Assembly: GCA_009103225.1 (NCBI GenBank)
Contig: RHPI01000446.1
Location: 1 to 64,000 of the forward strand
Direction of reading: 5' to 3'
DNA: 64,000 nt
Source: Chlorokybus atmophyticus
Lineage: Eukaryota > Plantae > Mesostigma and Chlorokybus algae
Below are positions 39,737 through 49,899 of this stretch, piece by piece. The notes below the pieces were generated by a model that had not been told where the DNA came from, did not search any database, and saw only the letters and a program-made list of their open reading frames with translations. Made by a program: the position numbers and the translations under genes. Position 1 is the first letter of the stretch. Every line of letters starts with the position of its first letter.

Positions 39737-39830
39737 CTCCACTAACACACTACACTCCGCTTCCGAATGAAAAGTGTAAACGCCCACACACTTCCTCTCT
39801 CACCTTCGTAAACCGTGCTCCGATACCAGT

Positions 39831-40502
39831 TGTAACGGTGCTCGTGCCTTGTCACCTGTGAGTTGGTCCAATCCACAACCCTCTCACCAAGACACGGTAT
39901 TCACACCGGAACCTTGCCCCCTTTGCCAAGCACACACGCGCGCCCCGCCACTCGCGTACGCACGCGCATGCGCTCGAAGCTACACACCGACTTGTGTAGC
40001 GCCTTGGATCGTCACACAAGCAAGCACACACCGGTGGACACACGCTAGCAACCCCTGCTAGCCACCACCAAGCTTGCACACAAGAAACTAGGGAGCTAAA
40101 GGTTGTATTGCAAATTGTAGAATGTCACTTTTATACCTACCAGTCTGCACATGCTACTGTCTAGACGATTCTAGCGCTAGACGGATCTAAAAGCTAAGAC
40201 ATAATTGCAGAATCTTGTAGTACACTTCTAGACCTTTCCAACGCACCAAAGATCTCCTAATTTGCTGCTCATATGGTCAAGTTATACTACTTGGCGCCAG
40301 GCCCTTCCAGAAATCTGGTCGAGCCCTTCTCGACTGGCCCTCCGTTTTCTGGCACCTTCCGGACTGGTCTTGGGGCCCCGGTCGATATCCGCGGCAGACT
40401 CATAACTCGCCGATATCCGCCACAAGTCATCAAAAACCTGTACCTTACAAATAAGGCCTAAAACGGCAATGAAAATCACAAAATTTGGCCTTGACTGTTA
40501 CA
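39831..40502 (-). repeat. 5' LTR of chromovirus 1
   Basis: Direct repeat of 34473-35144, followed on the minus strand by the PBS TGGTATCGGAGC (39817-39828). Confidence 0.97.
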
Positions 40503-41241
40503 GCAAAGTTTGCACACCACAGGCGCCAGCTCCACTCACAGAGACTGCACTTTCCTTGCAACACCAATCGCTGGCATAATGCCTTTTGCCGTCACCATCG
40601 TCGTCCTCAACGGTGGACCAAGTCTCGTCTGAGACTTCGCCCTCCTCTCCTCAGGCCCTTCCTCTCGCCGAGCAACCTCTCCAAAACCCTCTCAAGGTCT
40701 GTCTCATGGTGGTTCTTCACTGCCAAGACGGTAAACGGTGGTTGCGCATGGGGCGGTGCCATCAACCTTCTCCATTTCCGTTCGCTCTTGCAAGTACAAA
40801 TGATTGGCAGAAAGAGTAGAGTCCCGTCTTCAACCCGTGCTGCTGAAGTGCTGGAGCTTCCAAACTCCACCTCCTGGCATGAATGGGAGGCAGCGTCCAG
40901 CTCTCTCACACTCAGTCTCCAGGAGTAGGACGTGGGCGGCATAGTTTGGGTAGTTACCCCTCCTCACCCAATCTATGGCCAAGGCCATGACGAAGTAAGT
41001 ATCTGGGTCAAAGTGCTTAAGCTGCTCATAGTGGCGGGGGGGGTGCATGCGCTGGTGGGTGATGCAACAGCGCAGGCTCTCTATCACGTGAAGGACCATG
41101 TGCTGAAGTTGCTCCCCCCTTCCCCAGGGCTCGGATGTTTCAATGGTGGATGCGCTACGGTGGGTAACAACGGACCCCAACCAGGTCCACCTTCAGGAGT
41201 TGCTGGGTCTTTCGGGTGAAGGTCATTTTTTGCTTAAACTC

Positions 41242-41466
41242 ATGGAGCTCGTCATGCGTACGTGCATTGTGCGAGGTCTTGGTGGTGCAGCCACGCACCT
41301 TGGCGTTAGCAAACGCTCAGCGCTGTTGCATAGAGTAATGTGTTGGGGCTCGGCTATTCCTATGTTCCTCTTACTTCAAGAAACCAAGCTTGATGATTTC
41401 ACGGAGTCGGCGTGGCTGCGCAAGTTCTGGAAGGGGGGTTCCGTCTGGTCTTCCTCGCTTTGTTGA
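41242..41466 (+). pseudogene. N-terminal fragment of a LINE APE endonuclease
   Basis: VMRTCIVRGL ... KRSALL ... FLLLQETKL ... WKGGSVWSS matches the established APE pattern (T/S)xNVRGL...KR...LQET...W; truncated at ~41466. Confidence 0.7.
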
Positions 41467-41779
41467 GCCTGGCAGGGTCGTGTGCTCTACAGGGTCAATC
41501 TCAAATGTATTGCCCTGATAGAGGACTGTGATAGTTCTGAAGGTGTCTGGTAGTGTCGTTGTACAGCGAGGAAGGCAAAGAATACCCCCCGAACTGTACC
41601 TATATGCGTGTATCACACATGTGATGACGCCAACTGTGACACAGTAGCACGTAGCACAGTGTGTATTGCGTGCTAACAATGCAAACGCACGCAAGTCAAC
41701 AAGCCACTTCCCCTGTGAACTAGAGAAGTCTCTGCTCCAGTGAGCAGCCTTTAACGCGAGTGAGGGGGACATGGACGCG

Positions 41780-41914
41780 ACAATTCTCACACCAGTATGC
41801 CTCCAGTGAATCAGTGTCTCTCGGAGGGTTGAGACGGTAGCAGTGCATATCGTTGTTGCGACCGTCGCACAACATCATGAGTGCGTCGGCGGCGGCAATG
41901 CCGCACTTCTCACA
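41780..41914 (-). pseudogene. Degenerate PHD (C4HC3) finger of the Gypsy remnant
   Basis: CEKC...MMLCDG(R)NNDMHCY(R)LNPP...WCENC; the two missing Cys codons are CGC/CGT, each one change from TGC/TGT. Confidence 0.75.
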
Positions 41915-42422
41915 ACGCTTGCTAGGTCGGGGGTGCATAACGTCGAAGTCTGCAACGTGTGGAGGGTGACACGGAGCACAGTTTTCCATATTGTCTTTGA
42001 GTCCCTCACTGTCGTCGTCGAGTAGATCCAATACTCCAGAGTGAAGCACTTTCACAACCTTATAGACGACGCACTTGACGCTGATGTTGAGGGTGTCCTT
42101 GGGCTGCGTTATACGCTACACGTAATTGCCTGCTTCAAAGACTGCGCTGCTGATAGAAACCCACCGCGAACGCGCTCGTAGAGTAGCATTTCGCGGTGCT
42201 AGGCGGTGCGGAGGTTGCCCATGGCCATGGAAATGACGTGCGGATTATGTAGGCGCGCTGCTGCATGTCGTGCAACATGGCCACAGGGTTGTCAAGGTTG
42301 TCTAGCACACGCTCCACTTCATTCTATGCATGCGAAAGGGGAGTAACGGCTCTTTGCCGAACAGCAGCTGATACGGGTTGTACATGCGCAGAGAGGCTTG
42401 CTTTGACAGTTGGTACAATCTA

Positions 42423-42858
42423 CCCCCGCTAAAAGACTTCGCTCCAAGAGAATAACCCCGCTTATAGCATAGAATGTGAGATTACCAATAGTTACAGGCA
42501 AATGTTGGTGCCTAAGAGAATATGACTAACCGCGAAGAGCATATATTTTTTCCATGAAATTCTTGCAATTTTGAGTGTGCATATTCCCAACATCGAGGGA
42601 GGAGACGTGACGGGTGTGGCATAAGGCGTGATGAGTGTGACGATCAGGGCATGATGGGCAAGGTGTGACGCGCAACTAGCGTGATGGGTGTAATGGCGCG
42701 ACGGGCGTAACCTGATGCGCGTGACGCAATGAGCGTGACGGGCGTGATGAAACCGCGTTTATAGCATATTTATGCTCTTGACATCTAAGAGCATGTTATT
42801 CTCTTAAACGCCAAGAGCATACGATTGCTGGGGACAAACAGTATGCTCTTAGCGAGGG
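42423..42858. mobile_element. MITE-like non-autonomous DNA transposon (436 bp) inserted in the Gypsy integrase
   Basis: TA on both flanks; imperfect terminal inverted repeats (TIRs) CCCCCGCTAAAA / CCCTCGCTAAGA; repeated subterminal AAGAG(C/A)ATA motifs. Integrase-like sequence lies on both sides. Confidence 0.75.
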
Positions 42859-45539
42859 TAGACTGTAGCCAAGTGCTAGCCAGAGGAGGTAGTCATCCCA
42901 GGTACGCTTCTCGTGGTCGATGACGTACTTGCGCAACGCCTTCCTGACGGTCTGAACAATGCGCTCTGCCAAGTCATCTGCTTGCGGATGGTCGCGTGAA
43001 GTGCGATGGTGGTCAATGTAGGAGCAATCCAACAAGGCGTCGAACTCGCCGCAGAACTTTGTTCCCTCTCTGTGACGATTTCAGCACATGAGCCGACGCA
43101 ACTGAGCACATGGTCGAGGAAAGCCTGAGCGGTTCCTCTCTTGCTCTTGTCAAGAAGGGGAACCTGCTCGATCCATTAAGAGAAGTGCTCAATCATGACC
43201 AGGATGTACTTGTTGCCACAAGCTGAGGGTGCTAAATCTCCAAGGATGTCTAGTCCCCACCGGTGGAATGCCGGCGATGGGAAGGGGGTGTAAGGTGTTG
43301 ATGCGCGTGTTGAGGCTGGCACGCACGTTATCGCAATGCGAGCAGGGTGCGACAAAAGTGCAGACCTGTGTGTGCATGCCATGCCACCAATCTTGAGCAC
43401 TCACCAAGCTGACGTTGCGCTCGACACCGAAGTGTCGTAGCGCCGTGTGGAGTGCAGAGATGATGCCCTCGCGTCGGTGCGGAGTAGGCAACTTCTTGTC
43501 GTGGACGTGAACCCGTCGAAAGACAAGTCTATCATCCCAGCGGTAGTTCCGGGCAGCGCTGATCAACGCGCGCTTAGCCCCGCCGTGTGTTGCCCATGCT
43601 GCAAATAGGCCATGGAGTTCTGATCAAGTCAGATGTCTTGATATAAGTCTGCTGCTGGGAGTTGGCCATCATCTGGTGTGACCTGCTCAGGTGCATCAGC
43701 GTTGACGGGGATAAGAGCTGGCATCTCCTCTGCTTCTGGCGCTGTCGGAGTTGATCATGTGATAGTGTCTCGCCCGGAGTGTAGTGCAACTACAGCAAAC
43801 ATGGTGGCCACCTGTGGTAGTGGTACTGGTGGACCCAGGTTTTGTCGGGCACCGATGGCGTTGTTGGTGGAGAGGTGGGGATGACGATTGAGGCCGACGG
43901 CGTCCTGATTGGTTAGGCCCGCTCAATGTGTGATCTCGTAGTCGTACTCCTGTAGCAAGGCCCACCTGGCCAACTTGCCGGTCAGATGCTGGTAGGTCAT
44001 TAGCCAGCGCAGGGGCTAATGGTCGGTAATAAGTGAAAACTATCTCTCGAGCGAGAAAGGTCTGAAGAAGGAAATGGCCCATACCGCAGCAAGGCATTCA
44101 CCTTCGTATAGCAGCTGTAGCTGCTATAGTTGTCTTCGGCGCTGTTGTTGCTGCAGCTGGCGTAGAACACCACCCGTTCCTTCTTGTTGTCGTCGTGCTG
44201 CACCAGCACGGCACCCATGCCAAGCTTGCTCAAGTTAATGTGGAGTACAAACGGCTTGGTGTAGTCTAGTCGCTGCGGAACAGGGGCTGAAGTGAGCCTT
44301 TGCTTTAGCTTGTTAAACCTTGTTGCTAGGCTTCCTTCCAGCTCCACTCTGCCTCATTTTTGAGAAGCTTGTTGAGAGGGCGCGCAACCTTAGCGAAGTC
44401 CTTCACACCGCCTTACGTCAAGCGACCATGGATGGTCCGTGACGCAGGACCGGGATTTCCCCCGGCTAAGTGACATCGGTGGACCATGCATGCTCAGTTT
44501 TTCATCGACAGTCGGACCATGCATGGCGTTATAGCGTCATTACTATTTTTAAATGAGTGCAAACGTTGCTTATAACGACGCGTAGTACGATGTGTCGGAG
44601 GGCCCAATCATATCATTAATCAATGATGTCTTTCTCTACAAGGCAAGGATACTCGTTTACATGTTAAGCAACACAAACTATGGCCGTCAACCGTCATCGA
44701 TTTCTGTTGCACTATTTATGTATGATTTGCACTTCGAGATTGCAGCACTGTCAGCCGGTGGCAGTTTTATCAGCTCTGCAGTTTTCGTTGTTAAGCTTCA
44801 AGGACTTAAGCTTATTGAGACCTCAAATCCAAACAAAAAATTGTATTGGCTCCGAGTGCATATGTGCTGTGTGTAAAGCGGCACATACAACTTTACTGAC
44901 CGAACCTTGCTTGTAGGTCAGGTACTGTAATGTGCCATAGTGCGCGTAACAATAGTTCGACAAATTCAAAGTTTATCATATTTGCAATATCGCGATCATC
45001 AATTAAAAAAAAAAAAAAGAGTGCTAAATGTGCAATAAGCCAGAACAAGGATCTTTGCCTGCCCGGGGCTGAACAACGGGCAATAAGTCTCCAAATGCGA
45101 GGCCAAGGCAAGTTCGGATGAAGAAGCCTCCAGCGTTGAGGTCCTGGCGAGAGACTTGCCTTGCGGCTAGAAAGCAGATGATAACCCAACCGCGGGGAGT
45201 AGTCTCACAAAAAAGAAATGCTAACACCAGGCGAAGCATGTCATGCCAGCTTTTAGCATTTGGGTCATAGTGCAGATTAGCTAATGGAGCCCTGCCAACA
45301 GCCAACCACCCGTGGTGCTGCGGCAACGGCAAAGCAAGCCAGTCCGGGGAGAAGGGTCCGGGTTTTGCTCTCGCCCGAAGGGGTGGGGGTACAACACGCT
45401 CTCGACGAAAACAGAAAGGTAGAGTAATACCCGCGGGGTGCGTACTGGCAGGCTGGTGCCCTTCGAGCCTTCAAGCATAAATCTACCATGTGACTGAGGA
45501 GTTGCATCACTTCAAGCGCAAGGCATGAGAGGAGCCCCT

Positions 45540-46070
45540 GCGCACTTACACCCGCATGGTCAAGGTGAAGGACACAAACTACAAGATCCTCAGCGATGAA
45601 GCTGCCATCGTGATGCTCGACAGTCAACTGGAGCCTCTACTGAGCAGAACGGTGGACAACGCTCTTAACAACACCCGACCACAAGGGTATTCGCTGCTTC
45701 AGGCCTTTAAACAGCTTTTGCAATCCATGAACGAGGAGGAGTAAGATGCGCGCGGCGCGCATGCTGTGGAGGCTGACGTAGAACGCGGCGGCGACAGGTT
45801 GCCACAAACCTCGTGGTGACACGAGAAGGGGGCCTCGGCAATCACCCGACGAGCGCGCAGCACGTGCTCGACCAGCATTCAAAAGCTGCTTAAGCCAATG
45901 CATATTAAAAAGTCTTGATTGCGATGCTAGCAAATGCTGTAGCCTGGTTGGTGTTGTAAACTTGCATGAATCTCTCTGCTTGCTACATGGCACAAAAAAT
46001 TCCCCCTCGAGTGGGTTCAACAACAAAAGTTTGCTACGCCAAGCACCCTGAGTTGAGACCCTCAAGCAGC
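45540..46070 (+). pseudogene. Possible highly decayed Copia-type gag remnant
   Basis: CYAKHPELRP resembles the C-terminal end of Copia gag knuckles; the upstream helical fragment reads EEPLRTYTRMVKVKD. The support is weak. Confidence 0.3.
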
Positions 46071-46859
46071 TACAATGGCAACAGCAGTTTTAACAACAAC
46101 AAGGGCAACAAGGGCGAGGATCCAACAGCGGCTATAGAGGGAAGAACAACCCTCCAAAACAGAAACAGAAACCAACAAGGTGGACCCACGGCAGGCACGC
46201 CGCACACAAGACGCCTGTTGCGGAGGACATAGGGGTGGTTGCGGCTCTCACAGCACGGATGGATGAGCTTCATGCGATGAAGGGCAGGGATGATGAGTAC
46301 TGCGAGTGCTACACGACACGGTGGGCAGCAATGGGAGTGAAGCGTAAAGAAGTCACCCCGCCCACTCGCATACAACCACCACGACGTGCCCGAGGAGACG
46401 CCGGGCCATCCGCGACGGGTGGCAAAACAGGTTCTGTTGGTCAACAACAACAGCAGCAACGACAACAGCTTCGTCACCAGCTGCCATTGTTGGTGCCTCA
46501 GAGTCACCCTCTGCATCAGCTGAAGCCCTTGCCAACCCCGTGACAGGTGCTGTAACACAAGCAGCCACAGCAACCGTCAAGGAAAGTCTTGCAGCCACCG
46601 TCGCTGCGACCTTAGTTGTCCTCGCTGCCGAGTTTGCTGCAGCAACCTCTTCAGCAGCAACCATCGCCGCTGTTGACACTACACCTTAGCCATCAAGCGC
46701 TGTGGCTGCCACTCAAGCCAGCACCACTGCCTTGAAAACCACCATGGCCGGACCATCCACGTCCACCATAGCTGCCACAAGAGCAGGGCCTTTCACGTTC
46801 GCAACTGCGGAAGCCTGAAACTGCCGTGGCCAAGGTGCCAGCAGCATTGTTCCCGCTTA

Positions 46860-48155
46860 GGCATGAGCCGCTGCGTACAGCCATGGGCATGCCCATCACA
46901 CCCGCGTATATTGAAGGGGCCTGGTTTATGTGGCGCGTGGATGAAGATGCCATTTTATGGTGTGGATGATGCCCCTCTCCATCGCCAAGAGTTGAGCCAC
47001 GACTTCCGTACCCTTCGCATCACCGACGAGACCCTCACCACCTGACGTGTACAACCGTCATCAGTTGGCTCCAAAGCATCCAATGCTGCCCCCACCCAAT
47101 CAAGAGCCATCCAACCTAGATCACCTTGACGATCTGGATCCGCAAGTGGTTCAGCAGTTTCACGCGTTTGCAGCGCGTTGGGCAACTATCCAGAGTTGGC
47201 TACATGCTCATAACGTGAGCTGTATCGCCGCTTCTACGCGCCGGATAGGGCTCGCCAATTTCGTAAATAGCAAGAGCTAGTGGTCCGCCGTCGCGAGCGC
47301 AACCACTATGAGGATCTTCATCGGGACATCGACGAAGCCCCACCTGGTTTTGTCATTAACGACACCCACGCTGAAGCCCATGGCAACATTTGGGTGAACC
47401 GGCCGTAGCACCCGAACGACGAGGATCGGGAGCGCATCAGGCTCGCTCAAATGAGGGCGTTGAGCGGATTTTTCGGGAGGGAAGTCGCTGCCCTTATTGT
47501 CTACATGACCAACAACTGGCCAGCAAATCAACACCAGCTAGGGAAGGGGTATCTTCAACAAGAAGCACACCCTCATCGCGATGGTCAACAAACACACGGG
47601 GAGCAGCAGTTGCGCATACGCCTGCTGCAGGAAGCCATCTAGGGAAAGTTGCAACAATAACGTCCAGAAGGCGTCACACTCAGAAGGATGCTGCAACTAT
47701 AGCAAACCACGGGAGAACGGGCTGAGGTACTCACATGGTTGATCAACAACCACCCTGCAGTTCCACTGTTCGCATTCCCATCGAGACTGCAGTAGATGAA
47801 TGCGTTCATGCGCTCTGTAAGGCAAGCCGGTGACCAAGTGGTGGACCAGCTGCGTCCCTATGGCATTCGTCACAGGGTCACCATGGAGGTCGCCTTCATG
47901 CAACTACCAGGCATTGAGGCAGCACGACAACTTCGGCGCATTGCTCGGGCCCATGATAACCAGCGCCGACAGGACTCGCCCGACACACTGAGGGGGCGGG
48001 CCATGACTGTGATCGATGTATGGATCACAAGAGGCAGGTGGAACGCATACATGCGGAGCATCCTTGGCATACCCACCATTGGCGACACATTGAAAAGACA
48101 GCTGGTGCGAGCCGTCTACCTTACGCCCATGCCCAAGGTGGAGGGGTTCGACTAG
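46860..48155 (+). pseudogene. Decayed coding sequence of unknown family
   Basis: Long protein-like reading (ELYRRFYAPDRARQFRK*QELVVRRRERNHY...IWVNRP*HPNDEDRERIRLAQMRALSGFFGREV...) broken by isolated TAG stops and frameshifts. Confidence 0.35.
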
Positions 48156-48291
48156 CGCTATCACCTCTCAGCCACATGGGAGGGCAAACTAGTGCGCGAG
48201 GCCGCTTATGCAGTCTATCGGACAAACAGAGAGGCAGCGGCAGCAAGGGAACGCGTTCCTCCACCACCACCACCACCAGCTTTAATGTAAT

Positions 48292-49899
48292 GCCGGTCAA
48301 TGTGGTATAGGTAAAGAAGGGCTTATGAAGCATGAATAAGCAATACACAACCTCTTCTGGTAGCAACTTTCGCTACCACGGCCTAGTCGGCTAAGCCTCG
48401 CGTTACTTTGGTATCGGAGCTCTAAAGGTCGCGAGACCAAATGCCACCGGGCGCAAGATGCGCGCAATGTTGAAATGGACGATGACAAGCATACACATGC
48501 ACAAGTGCACGCCACAAAAACAGCGTCAGGAGATCATACAAGACCAACTATTGCCATCATGTCCACGGGTTTTATACCCGCCAACTACACATGCTTCTAC
48601 TCTTAAAGCTACTGCATCTAGCACATTCATCCCTAACTTGCGCTCTAGTTTGCTCCACGTATCCAACTTCAGGAGCTTTTCAACAAGCTATGGCACACGC
48701 CAAATAGTCAAGTAACCACCGAGATACAATCATCCTACGACAGCGCCTGGAAGTTTCCAGATTTTGGACTCGCCGATGCGCCTGGAACCTTCTCGCGGCT
48801 ATTCCTATGCAGAGGGCAAGCTGACCGGCTGACCTAGATGTAGGAATATCCTCAACACTCCCATGGGGGCAGCTTGGCCTTCACACCTTTGCCTTTGTAG
48901 CTCATCTGCCACCAGCTCTCGTGCTAGCCTTGCTCCTCTTCTTGTTCGCAATTGCCAAGAAGCCTTTTACCTTCTCTTCTTGCTCCACCTCTTCCACCAT
49001 GCTTCCCATAAGCGCTTGGAATCGGTTCGCCTTGAGGTACTTGTCCTCCACAACAACTTGAGCCTCCCAGTTGACCCTCAACCCCTTGCTCAATTGCTGC
49101 ACATGATCGCTGCCGCCCTGCGCCTGCTGCACCGTTGCAAAGGGAACGTCTACCTCAGGTGCAAGGTTGGTGATGTAGTTAAGAAGGTTGTGCTTATAGA
49201 TATGAGCACCTGGCATATACCATATACTGTATATGCCAGGTGCACCTGCTAGTTGGTTCTCAATACGTGTAGCCACGAGGGTTGGTGCTAGAGTTGTGTT
49301 CGATGCGGACAAGGCTAGGATAGTGCTTGGGGATGTCACACATGTAGTAGGCATCAGCAAGGGCGAACTCTACTATGTTGAGGAGGACAAGACGCACAAG
49401 GATGTTGCAGCGACAAAGGTGGTTGAGAAGGAAGTATTCAAGACACCACAAGGTCAAGGCTACAAGGAGGCGCTGGAGGTTGCTGTGAAGCGGACGAGCT
49501 CGGAGCCCGTGGGAGCTGCAAAGAGCTACAAGCAAGTGGTGGAAAGCAAGGTGGCTAAGGAAGAGCCAAGAGCTACTAGGGATGGAGTTGCTATCTTAGA
49601 ATGAGACCATGTTGCTCCAGGGTGCTAGATCTCAAAGCTACCATGGCTCCTCTGCCTGCAGCGAGAGCTGTGCCCCGTCTTTGTGCACTCCCTCGTCCTG
49701 CATCACCCCTGTGCCCTGGCCCTAATTCTGGTGGTGCCGGAGCCAACGGTGGATTGCGACGAGATGTTGGATCGGTGCAAGGATGTAACGCGGGGCTTAG
49801 CCGACTAGGCCATGGTAGCAAAAGTCGCTACCATAAGAGGTTGTGTATTGCTTATCAATGCTTCATAAGCCCTTCTTAGCCTATTCCACATTAACCGGC
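48292..49899. repeat. Pair of ~115-bp inverted repeats (48292-48407 and 49784-49899) resembling LTR 3' ends
   Basis: About 90% reverse-complement match by eye; both end in CGTTAC(A/T). The left copy is followed by the PBS TGGTATCGGAGC (48409-48420). Confidence 0.85.
48468..49600. mobile_element. Rearranged sibling of the gag-protease Copia family: 3' LTR 48468-48857 plus tail on minus, fused head-to-head to an internal fragment on plus
   Basis: 390-bp TGTTGA...TCAACA LTR sharing AGGGCAAGCTGACCGG with 61047-61451. NRFQALMGS (minus) and FDADKARI...LYYVEED (plus) match the ORF at 59315-60571. Confidence 0.75.

Larger units (their letters stand above)
34473..40502 (-). mobile_element. Full-length Ty3/Gypsy chromovirus LTR retrotransposon 1 (6030 bp), disabled
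   Basis: 672-bp LTRs with TG...CA ends, 5-bp TSD GCAAA (34468-34472 and 40503-40507), primer-binding site (PBS), polypurine tract (PPT) and the domain order gag-PR-RT-RH-INT-chromodomain. Confidence 0.97.
32870..41466 (+). mobile_element. Decayed LINE-type non-LTR retrotransposon (ORF1 zinc knuckle plus start of ORF2 APE endonuclease), interrupted by the chromovirus at 34473-40502
   Basis: A CX2CX4HX4C knuckle (CHLCSQSRHTRMRC) at 33428-33469 and APE N-terminal motifs at 41242-41466, both on the + strand and on either side of the insertion. Confidence 0.55.
41470..44405 (-). mobile_element. 5'-truncated, decayed Ty3/Gypsy element of a different lineage with a PHD finger after the integrase
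   Basis: RT end FAKVARPLNKLL; RNase H DYTKPFVLH...GMGAVLVQ; integrase FHRWGLDILG, HPQADDLAERIVQT, YNPYQLLFGKEP, ENCAPCH; then the PHD finger. Confidence 0.8.

Noticed and set aside
40607-41180. Possible DNA methyltransferase-like domain on the minus strand after the Gypsy PHD (EPWGRG, GNYPNY)
   Set aside because: The motif resemblance is weak, and the adjacent plus-strand sequence clearly encodes a LINE APE start, so this stretch more likely belongs to the LINE.
44408-45030. AT-rich block with A14 (45005-45018) as a DNA transposon or retro-tail
   Set aside because: It truncates the PHD-Gypsy element, but I found no matching TIR, TSD or ORF in the window.
46353-46760. Ala/Val-rich and Gln-rich ORFs
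   Set aside because: Low-complexity (CAG/GCA)-rich sequence is open in several frames, with no domain evidence.
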